Positions 1 through 61,150 of a stretch of DNA of 64,000 bases are shown here, in pieces. A program made the position numbers and the translations under genes. Position 1 is the first letter of the stretch. The number at the start of each line of letters is the position of its first letter. The notes beneath the pieces were generated by a model. That model saw only the letters and a list, made by a program, of their open reading frames with translations. It made no database searches and was not told the DNA's origin. The stretch is from Octopus sinensis (taxonomy: Eukaryota), in the NCBI RefSeq assembly GCF_006345805.1, contig NC_043007.1, forward strand, positions 63,302,001-63,366,000, read 5' to 3'.

Positions 1-1019
1 CTTTGTGAGTGAAAATTTGAAAGATAGAAAATGTTCAGGAGTTGTGTGTGTGTGTGGGTGGGGGGAGGGGTATGTGCGCGCGCGTGTGTTTGTGTGACAC
101 AACACTGCTAGCTAAATCAAGACTGGCGTTGCATCAAAATGGTAACTCAGTCAATCAGCAGAATATAAAAAGTAGCAGACTGAAATAAGTAATATAGGAG
201 ATGCCCTAAAAGTGTAGCAGTCCAATGACTGAAACCAGTAAAAGAATATGGATGTACATATATGAAAATAAAAGGAAGTCAATGGGTCTCAAGTGGTTAT
301 AATGAACATTTTAGTTGAAATACTTGGTTGAGTATACTACAGACACTTGTACACTGAGTGAAACCCTCAGGCAGAATCAACATAATACAGAGTGTCAACA
401 ATGCTGACCCTTTGGATCATATGTACAGTCTATCCAGCAATAAAAATTTTTGAAGTTAAATTAATATAAAACCACAGCCTTTTTTTATCCTTAATCACAA
501 AATAAAAGATACATAAAAACATAAATTATGAAAATATAATTAAATATTCAAATATTTTTCAGCATTTGAGTAATTTCAGTTACATTTAGATTAGGAAAAA
601 TATTGTAATATAACAAATTTAACAAAACTATAAATATGAGTGTGTTGTTTAATTAGGTGACTGTTTACTGTTACTAGTTTCTTCACTTCGTCTTTCTTTG
701 GCTACGTTACTTTTAAAATTTGTTGTAGAGAAAATCTAATTTTATATCACACTTAATAGTAGATTATACATGCAAACAGGTCCTTATAAAAAGTTTTGTG
801 GAATGTGTCTGAAAAGGTTTATACATTTATATAGAAAGGCAAGTGGAGAAGTGATGCATAGCAAGCAAGTGTAGCTGACAACAAATAAAGAAGCAATGTA
901 AACACTATTGTCAATCTAAAACAAATGATAATGCAACAATTAATGCATGCAATAATATGAATTTAACAATTAGAAAAATATATAATAGAAACAACAACAA
1001 ATTTAAATTTCAACAAAAT

Positions 1020-1235
1020 TCTTTTCTACTCTAGGCACAAGGCCCAAAATTTTTGGGGAGGGAACCAGTCTATTAGACCAACCCCAGTAGGCAACTGGTA
1101 CTCAATTTATCGACCCCCAAAAGGATGAAAGGCAAAGTGAACCTTGGCGGAATTTGAACTCAGAACATAAAGACAGATGAAATACTGCTAAGCATTTCAC
1201 CCGGCATGCTAATGTTTCTGCCAGCTCGCCACCTT
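1020..1235 (-). mobile_element. tRNA-headed SINE (family B, head aaggyggcgagctggcagaa) with perfect 15-bp TSD
   Basis: Homologous to 19638-19862, 37880-38072 and 63631-63842; B-box-like GAGTTCAAATTCC on the minus strand; aaatttcaacaaaat at 1005-1019 and 1236-1250. Confidence 0.85.
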
Positions 1236-2264
1236 AAATTTCAACAAAATATCAAGAAAATGCTAAGAGTAGGCACAGAAACAAACGATCTATAAAGTAG
1301 CAATGGCCAACCTTTATCTAGCAACAATTCACACAAAATGTATGTTTAGCTTTGTCTCTGGTTTAGCATTAATAACTAAGTAACATCGACAAATAAATAT
1401 AAGATATAACATGTTACATGAGTTCCATTCTATATTAAAGAGCTCTTAGGGTCAGATGATGATGGTCCTGAGGTTGAAGAGGCTAAAGTTGTTCATTCTT
1501 TTAATGGTTTTAAAGTAACATTTCTATATTCTTAGAGTAACATTATGAAACCTACAGAATTATTTCTTTAAGAGTATATAAACAGTTGAAAACAGAAAAT
1601 AAATGTATCAAAATAATTAATTTCTTAAAAGAATTTTTGCTTTAGTTATTGTAAAATATTGATTAGCCAGTAATGTTTTCCAACAATATCAATTCTGAAA
1701 TAAATAATTTAAAATTTTTTGAATACTTAAATTTTAAAATAAGAACATAGAACGACCAAATAAAATGAAAGAATTTAGATAAATCTATAATTTTAAGCAA
1801 AATTTCCAAGATATTTTTTTAATCCACAAATTATCTGAGTGTTTGTTCAATCATTATTTTTCTTTACATACTCAAGTGATTGAGCAACTAAGGTGACCCC
1901 ACTAATTTATTAGAAATATCTAGGATTTTAAGCCGCAACTTTTGACTAGCATATTAGCTATCTAATTTCCTTGGCACTAAAATTTGGGAAAGTGATATTT
2001 TTTACTGAATTAAATCTAATATAATTACTATCCTTTATTTTACCAATAGTAGTTTATGTAGATTTGATCATAGATACAAGAGGCATAGAATTAGACATTG
2101 AAGTATTTATTAACTCTTTGCCTTCTGTACAAAGTCCACATTTGCTGTGAGATTGGTTGGATGTTTTCAGTATCAAAATGATGTAAATTGATAAGAGGTT
2201 TATGGAAAAAAAAAAGGAAAAAAATTAAAATTCTTTCTCAGTTAAGACAAATAATGTCACTTAC

Positions 2265-50953
<48,689 letters not shown>

Positions 50954-52439
50954 CTAATGACAAAAAAAAAAAAAAATTTTTTTAAAGTTAAAGAAAGATA
51001 AAATAAGGTGATTGAATAATCTAGAGCAGAATAGAAATCATGAAGATATATCTAAAATATATATTTTCTACATAAGGGTAAAATAAAAGTTATACAATTT
51101 AAAAAAATCTTTTATTTGAAAGAATCAATTTTATTTGTTTTATTATTAAATGACATAAACCTAAACTGTTTACAAGTTATTGTCTGTTGGCAATGTGAAT
51201 GCATCTCTTGGTTGTTATTTATATTTATTAGTAATTAACCATCTCCACTCCAAATGTGATGCTGAAATTCTTGTTGGTTTTGGCGTTTGATACGAAGAAT
51301 TATCTCTTCAAGTGATAATGTATACACACAATTGACTCTTGTTGATCTATCTATTAAATCGTTTTGGATTTTATAAATCTGAGAAAGGTAGAAGGCTACT
51401 AACTTGGGGTAATATTTGAACTTAAGAAGTTCTAATTAATATCTATCAATTCTAATTTACTTATGTGTATTACAAATCAAATTTAAGTTTTATGATATCA
51501 TATGCAAAAACAAAAACCCCAAAAATCTCCACCTTACGAAGAAATTCTCTTTCAAGAAACCTTTTACCTATTTATTTTATATCACAACTTTGAACAGTAG
51601 TGTCTAAATTTACTGCATTTCTGACAGGAATAGTAACAAGGGTGTCTCACCAGTTTTTGGTTTATATCCTTCACTGATACACATCAGTGAAAGATATAAA
51701 CAAGCTTTCACACAGTTTATGTCAACCAAATTTGATTTACAAGATATTGGTTAAACTAAGGATATAGCACAAGTCACTTGACCAAAGTGACACACGGTGG
51801 CATTAAACCTGGAATCATGTAGCTGCAAAACAAATTCACTCAGCCAACCTTTGTGTATATAAAAACAGACTAGACATCAGACTGAGTAGAATATTCTCAA
51901 AACTGCAACATTGCATTAATGAAGTTTGCCAGAAGAGGTGTGTGGAGCCTGTGTTCTGTACATAAATGCTAGATCAGATACTGTTGCACCGAAGGTTTAC
52001 TTGGGCAAAATTTATTGGGCTACTTAACAATAATCCTTTCTCACTAAAGCTGATTAATTATGCCAATCTCACTGAATATCTTCTAATTGTTTGTTGTTTT
52101 CTTCTTTCAGATGCCGCACACTTATGTGAATGAGGCAGACAAATTCTGCTACATTTGGATTCAGTGCATAAAAATATTTAGGAATAAGCTAATCTCATTT
52201 AAGAAGCACACAACTTTTCAAAAATTATTGACCAGTGTTATTAGAACAGGGTTCCAGAGCAGCTAAGTATTGTATTAATAATGGGTCATTATTACTTAAA
52301 CTGAAGAAATGTGTTTTGTGTTATGAGATCAGGTAGGGATTAATGGTTTGTTTTTGGTGAGTGTCCCTTTTATCAAAGAAAGTAATGGCAAAAGAATTCA
52401 GTTAGGTGACATGATATTATGAATAATCCTCCTAAATCC

Positions 52440-52745
52440 ATTTCCTGAGAAGACACTGAACTTAATGAAGGAGATGACTAAGGATTGAGATATCTGGCAT
52501 AGTGCTGTACTCAAGAAGACCCATTCACCACAGCAGAATTGATACCAGTGCTGATACCACATAAAAAACACATAGTACACTCTATTGAGTGGTTGGCATT
52601 AAGCAGGGTATTCAGCTGTAGAAACCATACCAGAACAGACAATGGAGCCTGGTGCAGCCCTTGGCCTTACCAGCTCCAGTCAAACTGTCCAACCCATGCC
52701 AACATGGAAAATGGATGTTAAATAATGATGATGATAATGATAAAC
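52440..52745 (+). mobile_element. RTE-LINE 3' end (ORF tail, UTR and GAT repeats)
   Basis: TLNLMKEMTKD*DIWHSAVLKKT remnant runs directly into the shared tail, linking the tail family to the LINE. Confidence 0.75.
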
Positions 52746-53147
52746 AGGGATCATAGCTAGTTTCAAATTAGTATGGGTACCTAGACATTTAAGTGCAGAT
52801 AACAACACCTCAAACTCTTAGTAGTCTTGGATCTCCTGCTTATTTTGTTATGTGTTATAGGTGGGCTCATTTTGTTACTGTATATAGCACTATTCTGGCT
52901 GTCAAGAGTCCCTCACAAGACTAGCTTAGACAAGTTTAGTCAAACAATTTTTCAGTTTGTGACTAGGTAAAGTGATAATTTAGTAAATAAAGCTGAAAAA
53001 GCTGAGGTAGAATATTTTTTAACTCAAAACTTTTATCAACTTTCTTTTACAAAATCACTTGAAGTGCATGCTAAACATAAGGAAAGAATAAATTTTATAT
53101 AAGAGCAATGAAATTATCTGGCATGTTCTCTTGTTTCTAGAAATGCC

Positions 53148-53180
<33 letters not shown>

Positions 53181-53294
53181 CATATATACCCTTCAAATAT
53201 TGAAGATGTAATTTCCTCATAAAGGATTGTTAATAACAATCCAGATATCAACTGGTGTTATCAAATATACTGAAACTAAGTTCCACAATCTCCC

Positions 53295-53544
53295 ATGCCA
53301 GTGGCATGTAAAAAGCACTATCTGAACATGATTGATGCCAGGCCCACTTGACTGGCTCCTGTGCTGGTGGCATGTAAAAAGCACCTGCTACACTCTTGGA
53401 GTGATTGGTGTTAGGAAGGGCATGCAGCTGTAGAAACATTGCCAGATCAGATTGGAGTCTGGTGCAGCTACTGGTTTTCCAGACCTCAGTCAAAGCATCC
53501 AACCCATGCCTGCATGGAAAATGGACATTAAGTGATGATGATGA
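53295..53544 (+). mobile_element. RTE-LINE 3' tail
   Basis: Homologous to 22755-23005. Confidence 0.8.
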
Positions 53545-53559
53545 ACTAGTCTAATAGAT

Positions 53560-54064
53560 TATAAGTTAATAAAAGAAAATGGAGAAGAAAAAATATAATA
53601 GATACTTGGTTCATTTTATTTGTATCACAATGGAAAAGTAATGCAAAGTAAAAATAATACATATAAGAAAAAGGATAAAAGAAGCTAGATCAACAAAACA
53701 ACCAAAAATTAACTGAAAAATATCCTACATGTTGCAATCTGATAGCATGTTTGAATCATCAACATACAAACGATTATAGATGTGAAAAACCATATATTGT
53801 TGGGTATCTTCAAGGAAAAGTAAGTATATTTTCTCTGAAGATACCTGACAATATATGGTTTTTCACATCTATAATCGTTTGACTGTTGAGGATTCAAACA
53901 TGTGTAGGATTTTTCGGTTATTTTTTGGTTGTTTTGTTGATCCGGTTTCTTTTATCCTTATTCTTATATGTATCATTTTGCATTACTTTTGCATTGTGAT
54001 ACAAATAACATGAACCAAGTATCTATTATACTTTTTCTTCTGCATTTTCTTTTATTAACTTTAT
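53560..54064. repeat. Long foldback inverted repeat (arms about 250 bp, loop about 10 nt)
   Basis: 53560-53819 is the reverse complement of 53829-54064, with scattered mismatches and one ~16-nt indel. Confidence 0.92.
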
Positions 54065-57000
54065 ATATATATAGAAAAAGGGGTTTGCTTCTACACAAAT
54101 AAGGATGTAAGAATATTGGTTTTGTGGTCGGATTTGTACCTGAAAATGACCAATGGGATTCTATTTTTGTTAAAACTGGACTTGATGAGTAATAAAGAAA
54201 AGAAAACAGAAAAAGACATTCAACTGACAGGTCATCAGAAAGATAAGTGATGTCTTAAAGGAGTCAACCAATTGGAGTACTGGACTATAGTTAAACGACA
54301 AGTAACCAAAACAGATGATAAAACAAATGATATCTTCAAGTAGTTAACCAACCAAGATACTGGACAACTGCCAGACAACAACAAGCAAATAGAATTATGA
54401 TTAACAAATAATTTCCAAAATGTTAGGCCATAGGTGGACAAAAACAAGTAACATTTTTAAGTAAGCAGCCAATCAGGACTTAAATCTAGGTCTTGAAAAG
54501 CCTACATATATAAGGCAATATTTGCTCAAAAAATAATTCTGGTTCCACATTTGAATAAGTAAAGCAAACAACAAACAATTCAGCCTTGCACAATACAACA
54601 GAGATAGTAAAGATGAAAATTTTCTTATACTTTAAAATCTTTATCATGTTTAACTGCTAACACAATTTATTATCATGAAACGTATTTGAACTTTCAAATT
54701 TCTATCACATATTATTGCTATGAAATATATTGAACATTTGAACTTTCATCATTTCTTATTGCTGTGAAACTTATTGAAGGCATGGATTTTCATCTTGGAA
54801 TTTTGCCATGAAACCTATTGAACATTTGGTTTCTTTCAGCATGTTTTATTGCTATGAAACTTTTTCTTATGCATTTTCTTTTTTTTAAATGATACTTTAA
54901 TAAATTTTTAAAAATTATAAAAGAACCTAAAAATCCTCTTAAGACCCAGGGGCATTTTAACCAATTTTCATTTATTCCTATTTGTGTGAAAGTAAACCTT
55001 TTCCCTACACACACAGACAATTATTTTCCAGCTCATTACTGTTTATTTATCAATTTTGTAAGGTATTATTTTGAATTACATTGTAATTATACTAAGGCTT
55101 TTTCCCACCTTTGTGGCAATTAAAGAAAGCCTGATAATATGGTCTTGTGTAAGAAATCATTGCCATTGTTGTGTTTGTAAAATGTTTTATATTGACATGT
55201 GTTGAATGCTTCTACATATTCAGGTATTTGCATAATATGTGAGAACAACTGTAAATACTGATGACTATCAAAGTGGAAGTGTTATTTTATATGTAGTCTT
55301 ACAACTAGTACGAAAAAAGATTTATGCTATACACGAAAGTATATAATATAACACCTGTTGGTGTGTGAGTGTGTGTGAATCTGATTAAGAAGGAGTTTAT
55401 ATAGGAAACCTTTGTTTACAAAAACTGTCAAGGTTACTGGAATTACTAATAGCCTGAGATTAGATTACTTAGAATGATCAAGGAGATTAACAATTCCAGT
55501 GGCAAGTTCAAACATGCAACCAATCACTTGATAATTTCATGAAATCACCAATGTTTTAACTTTCAATTTATAAATAAATACCATGACATGGTAACTGAGT
55601 AATATACACATATTATTAAGAAACAAATACAGATGAATCTTTCTTAATATTTGAAATACCAAAATACTTTAGCCTGTAGTTGATACAAGCTACGATTGGC
55701 TATAAACTAAACCCATTTCAGGAAATAGTCCTTCAAAAAAAAAAAAAAAATTGCAGCAGAAATGAACTCAGTAGTTCTAAAGTGGTAGCCCAAAATATTA
55801 TCTATTAAACAAGACTAGTGTCTAGTTAATTTTTTTAAGTGTCTTCAGAATTTATTTATTTTCCAGAGTTGCTGATCTCTCGAAAAGTCTTTCAGGCAAA
55901 GATACACAAAGTTTGATACAATTTGGCAAAATTACAGATGATCTGTTAAATACACATCTCTCAATGATCATGTGATTTTTTCATTACAGAAGGATAAGCA
56001 AACCTACATTCAAAAAGTCCTTTTAATCACAGGGTCTCATAACTGGTATGTGTCTTCCCTTTCTTTTTTATACTGATACTCAGAACTTGATTATTTATGC
56101 TCTCATAAATAAAGTACATTAACCCTTTATCATTTGGAAGCAAAATGGATATGTATATTTGGTTACCAGCTCAAACAAATCACCAACTTAGAAGCATTTT
56201 GTTGTGTATTTTAAGCACATGCTTTAGTTCACCTAGCTGTTGAGAAGAGAAACCAGATAATCTGAAAATGCTGTTGAAGTTAGACTGGCATCTAGTTCAG
56301 GAGAAAATTTCCATCACAAGTTTAATGTAACACAAATACCCATATTGATATAAGAAAAAAAAATCCCACTAATGTTTAGGTAAAAAAAAAAGCATAAAAA
56401 TATAGATTCTAACAGGCTAGTTTATTTTTTCTTTTGTAGGTCTTTACAAATTTAGAAAGTCACTTTGATAGGTTGTTTCTTGAAAACAAAAGATTGATTA
56501 TGTAACTACTTTCTAAGTCAAATATTTTTATGTTATCTCCACAATGGAATAAATGTTGGAAAAAAAGAAAAGATATCGTTTAGTTAGCTTTCATTCTTTA
56601 AGGATATTTTCACTTTCCTTTTTATATACTATCATGGATCAATTCTACCAATCTAGATTTTTTTAAAAAATTGAGTCTCTAATAATTTATTTCTAATGTT
56701 TATAAATCAAATGCAGCATGGTAGAGAGACCAAGGTTTTAGTTCAGTTTGTTAAGTGGAAGAGTATAAGATACTTTGCCTAAAAACCTAATTACAAAAGC
56801 TGACAATTTATAGCTCCAGCAAGCTTTGACTTCTAAATTCTTAATTTAAATAAATTTGATAATTTGAAAATAATTCCTTCATTGTAAGAACATAATAAAA
56901 AGTTCAAAACTGAGAGTCTAGACTTTTTTTTTTATATAATTCACATATCATTTGGCACGAGACAACGTATGAAAAACGAAAATAAGATAGGCAAAAATAT

Positions 57001-57413
57001 AAGATGTGGGTGAAAAATATTTGTGATAATAGCATTTAAGTGAAAGGTTATCTCATGTGATGGCAGCTCAGATAGCAACTATCTGTGTATTTATTAAAAC
57101 TCCATCATACCAATTAAGTTGATGGTTAAGATAAGCAAGGTTAAGCAGGCAGCCATAAATGGCTGGCATCCAGCAAACTCATATGACCAATTTAGTAACG
57201 ATTTGTAATTCTGTAATCAGCTAGACTTCAGCAGGAATCTTGATAAGCTATATAAATGGAAATAGATAAAGATGTTGAACTCCCACCCCCAAATAAAGAA
57301 GAAAAAAACAAAAAAAAAAATCTATTGAAATAGATAATCAACAAAGGGGAACAGTGTTAATTTCTTTTCGCTTAGAGAGAAATTATTCCAACTGTGTTAG
57401 GTATTATCTAATT

Positions 57414-57415
<2 letters not shown>

Positions 57416-57460
<45 letters not shown>
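57416..57460. repeat. (GA)n microsatellite
   Basis: Direct reading. Confidence 0.9.
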
Positions 57461-57462
<2 letters not shown>

Positions 57463-58265
57463 TGCTGAGATAACTTTCATAATGAAATGTTCTCAATAGT
57501 ATTTTAAGAAAAATAAAGGGTTAAATAAATAAATAAAATCCTGAAAAGAAGCAGTTAATGGCAGACTATCCAACTTCTGTGGTTATAGAAAATCTAATTC
57601 TAAAGTATAAAAATTGGAATAAGGATGATGGTTATTATCACTATGGTTTGAAATTAAGATAAACAGAAATAAAAGATTAAGTAATTTACAATGTCCTTTT
57701 CCAGCTTTTAATCAAAGAAAGTCGTAATTGCAGAGACAATCTTTACACAGTAATAATCAGAGGGCTTTGGCATCTTCAAAGGCTTTATTCTAGTAATAGC
57801 TATATTCACAATTATTCCAACTTCTATTCATATCCTTTCATCATCATATTTTTCCTTAAATAATAAGTCTTTCATTTATCAGTCAATGCCATAATATTCA
57901 TATTTTGTTTCAACTGTATAATTTTTCTAGATTTTAATTATATTTTTTCTACATTTTGGTTGAATCCCAAAAATATTACTCGATTCACAAATTGATATGA
58001 CTGTAAAAAAAGTTTTCAACTAGGTCAAAGTAACCTAGCTATAAATAATTTAAGCAGAGCATTTTTTGCACCTGGATGTAATATCAACCACTAAATGTGA
58101 TACAGGAACCCCACCACCCCACAAGTTACAGCTACCTCAGGTTACATATTTTGTATCAATGGAAATTGTAAAGTATGACCACTAGTTTCAGGATATGGTC
58201 TGTAATTTTGCTCCTTCAGAAACTTGGGTAAATTTCAAGATTTATCTTCTTAGCCAAAAGGCTGC

Positions 58266-58367
58266 TTTTAACTAAGATCACAATAGTTAATTTAACTAAC
58301 TATTTTAACTGAGATCACAATAGTTAATTTGAACTATTTTAACTAAGATCACAATAGTTAATTTGAA
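58266..58367. repeat. Three tandem 33-37-bp units (ctattttaactaagatcacaatagttaatttgaa)
   Basis: Direct reading. Confidence 0.85.
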
Positions 58368-59298
58368 AAACTATAACCATGATACATACATCTATACATA
58401 TATGTGTGCATGTATGTGTGTACATGCATGTTGATGAAATTTTTCGCTGTGCGTGTATATCTTCTTGGGTCAAAATGTGTGCCTTTGTATCAATCTATAT
58501 AACTCAACCTCCACCACCCTATCTATCATCAGCACTAAAACCAATATAACCACTACCATTACCAACATAGCAACTCCTTAATGACACTAGTGTAAGCAAG
58601 ATAGACAGCTTCATCTGAAATTTCTTTAAAAAAATCAAGAGATAATATAGTACTTCAGTCTATTTTAAATGTTGAATTCAATGTCTTTCCTCTTACGTCA
58701 ATAAGGATCAACTGAAAAACTAAATAGCAACAATGTAATTAACAAAACGATGTTACCAACACCAACATGAAAACCAATATCACTCAACTACAGTAGTAGT
58801 TGAATGATATTCTTAATGCTGCAATTTACATACATGCAGCATCTTTCAGAGCTTGTTGCTAAGTCAGTTCTTAACCAAATGGAAAACCATTAACGTTTTT
58901 AATGAGGACTGGTCCCTAGCTACATTTTGGCATTAAAAAAAATTGAGATTTGGTCCAGTAGAAAAAAGTTTACATCAAAGTTTGTAGCAATATTATAAGA
59001 GAGCAAGTAGCGCCACCAATCAAGTTTAGATCTAAATAACTTTTTTTATTTTAAAAGCAAAATCTATTATGATAGAAGAAAGCATGAAGAATTTCATAGT
59101 TTTGATCCCATGCAACAAAAATTTGTGCCGAAAAAGTTGTGAGGTAAAATATATTGAAAAAATATATAAGTAAGGCAAAAAATTGGATTTAGTATAATTA
59201 GCTTTTTTTATTTTAAAAGTAAACTATATTTTAATTAGGCTTAAATGATAGAGCTCAATTCAAGGAATCTCGTGATATCAATCTCATGCAATGAAGTT

Positions 59299-59520
59299 TT
59301 AACCCTTTTGTTACCAACCTGGCTGAATCTGGCTCTGAGTACAAATGTCTTGTTTTCATAAGTTTTGAATTAAAATCTTCCACCAAACCTTAGTCATAAT
59401 TAATGTTCCTAACACTAGCTGAATGATAACTAAGTTATTTTACTAAATTCTTTGTTACATTTAAAATAATTGAAAGAAACACAGAGCATCTCAAAATAAA
59501 TACAGTAACGAAAGGGTTAA
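59299..59520. mobile_element. TTAA-flanked piggyBac-like MITE, complete
   Basis: TIRs ttaacccttttgttac / gtaacgaaagggttaa (1 mismatch in 16). Confidence 0.85.
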
Positions 59521-59679
59521 ATGGGTGATAATATAGTTCTATACTTTTTTATGAATATAGTTCTAGGGGACTTTTTATATGTCACCAGCATCATTAAGGT
59601 AAGGAAAAAGTTATCAATGACACCGCTAATTAATACATTATTAATTAGTATAATAGCATAGCCTGGAAAAAATATGTAC

Positions 59680-60103
59680 TACATGGAAAAATGCAAGCAA
59701 GAGAAATCATATTCTGAAGATTATAAATCTGGAAAAGTACAGGACAAGTTATTACATCTGGTAAAGTACAGAACAAGAAAATTTTTACTTAAAATATTGC
59801 AGCTAAGGATAAAATATTTTTAATTATTTTTAATTTTTAATAGAAGTAATAAGTAATATCAAATACAAGTAATAACTTGTAATAAAACTTTTAGTTTTAA
59901 ATAAAGCTAATATTTTCTAAATCTAAATATTCTATTTGAAATTCTATCCTTTGCTGCAATATTTTAAGTAAAAATTTCTTGTTCTGTACTTTACCAAATG
60001 TAATAACTTGTCCTGAACTTTCCAAGTGTAATAACTTGTCCTGTACTTCTCCAGATTTATAACCCTAAGAATATTATTTCTCTTGCTTGCATTTTCCCAT
60101 GTA
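59680..60103. repeat. Inverted repeat (arms 59680-59815 and 59941-60103, spacer about 125 bp)
   Basis: Arms are reverse complements; the right arm carries an extra ~27-bp tandem duplication. Confidence 0.88.
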
Positions 60104-60109
60104 ATAACT

Positions 60110-61150
60110 AATGTCCTTACTACCAAGAAGAAAAATCAACACCTGGATTTAAAGCTTCCAAAAATTGTCTGACACTTTTTATGGAAGGAAATACTACTGG
60201 TGACATGAAATTAAAGCTTTTGTGTATCATTCTCAAAATCCAAGGGATTTCAAGAGTTAACACAAAGTTTAATTTACCTCTGATTTGGTGTTTAAATAAC
60301 ATATGGAGGACTAAGAATTTTTTCAAAGAGTGGTTCACAAATACTTTTTGTCCTGCAGTAGAAATGCACAGTGCCAAACATATTTCCTACAAAACATTGC
60401 TAATTTTAGACATTACACCATCAGTAAACTTAAATTGAGTTTTCAAGCAATATGAGAGCATAATATATTTCCAAGAATACTTCTTTACTCCAGCCAATGG
60501 ATCAAGGTGTGATAGCTAACTTTAAGGCATATTATCTGAGAAGAATTTTCAAACAACTTATGAAAGCAATTGATAGAGAAGATAAACCTATAGTTAAGAG
60601 ACTTCTGAAGGAAGTTCAACACAATAGATGCTGTGGATAACATAGCTGAGTCAAGGATTTAAGTAAAGACCTCAACTTTGAATGGGATTGAAAAAATATA
60701 CAACCAGATTGTACCTGCAACTAAGTTTTCCACAAGAAAAAAGCATACATCAAATTTGGAAAAATATTATGACACTTGCAAATAATATAGGATTTGATGA
60801 AGTCAGAGGATGATGTGGTAGAGTTGCTCATGTCTCATAGAAAAAGTTTAATTACCAAGGAGCTGATGCTGTTAGAATGAAAGTAAGCTGAGAAAACAGA
60901 TGAGAATATGAAAATTCCATCAACTCCAATTAATTTGACTGCAAAGAATATTACTAAAAAGGTTGATACTTTAGAAGAAGATTTGCAAGCTTTTACTGAT
61001 AACAATCCTAAAGGTGAATGTAGCATAAAAATTACAAGAGGAGTTTACAAAGAGCACACTGAGCTTTACAAAGAGATGATGTACCATAAATATCACATAA
61101 TTTTGTACAAGATCTTACCCCCACAAGTAGGTGATGATAATGAATAAGAT
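60110..61150 (+). mobile_element. Decayed pogo/Tigger-like (CENP-B/DDE_1) transposase
   Basis: PGFKASK..LTL...GN..GD.KLK, EWFTNTFCPAV, LLILD, PMDQGVIANFKAYYLRRIF fragments; many stops. Confidence 0.88.

Noticed and set aside
58563-58614. 52-nt minus-strand exon candidate (DEAVYLAYTSVIKELLC; another frame gives a 31-aa signal-peptide-like ORF)
   Set aside because: Only vague resemblance to Hook-domain sequence, and the intervening exons cannot be found; likely chance.
58697-58711. 15-nt minus-strand microexon candidate (tttttcag|TTGATCCTTATTGAC|gtaaga)
   Set aside because: The next Girdin exon needs phase 2, which would put TGA in frame; no homology support.
58834-58869. 36-nt phase 2-2 cassette candidate (TDLATSSERCC)
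   Set aside because: Weak AAG acceptor and no similarity to the expected upstream Girdin sequence.
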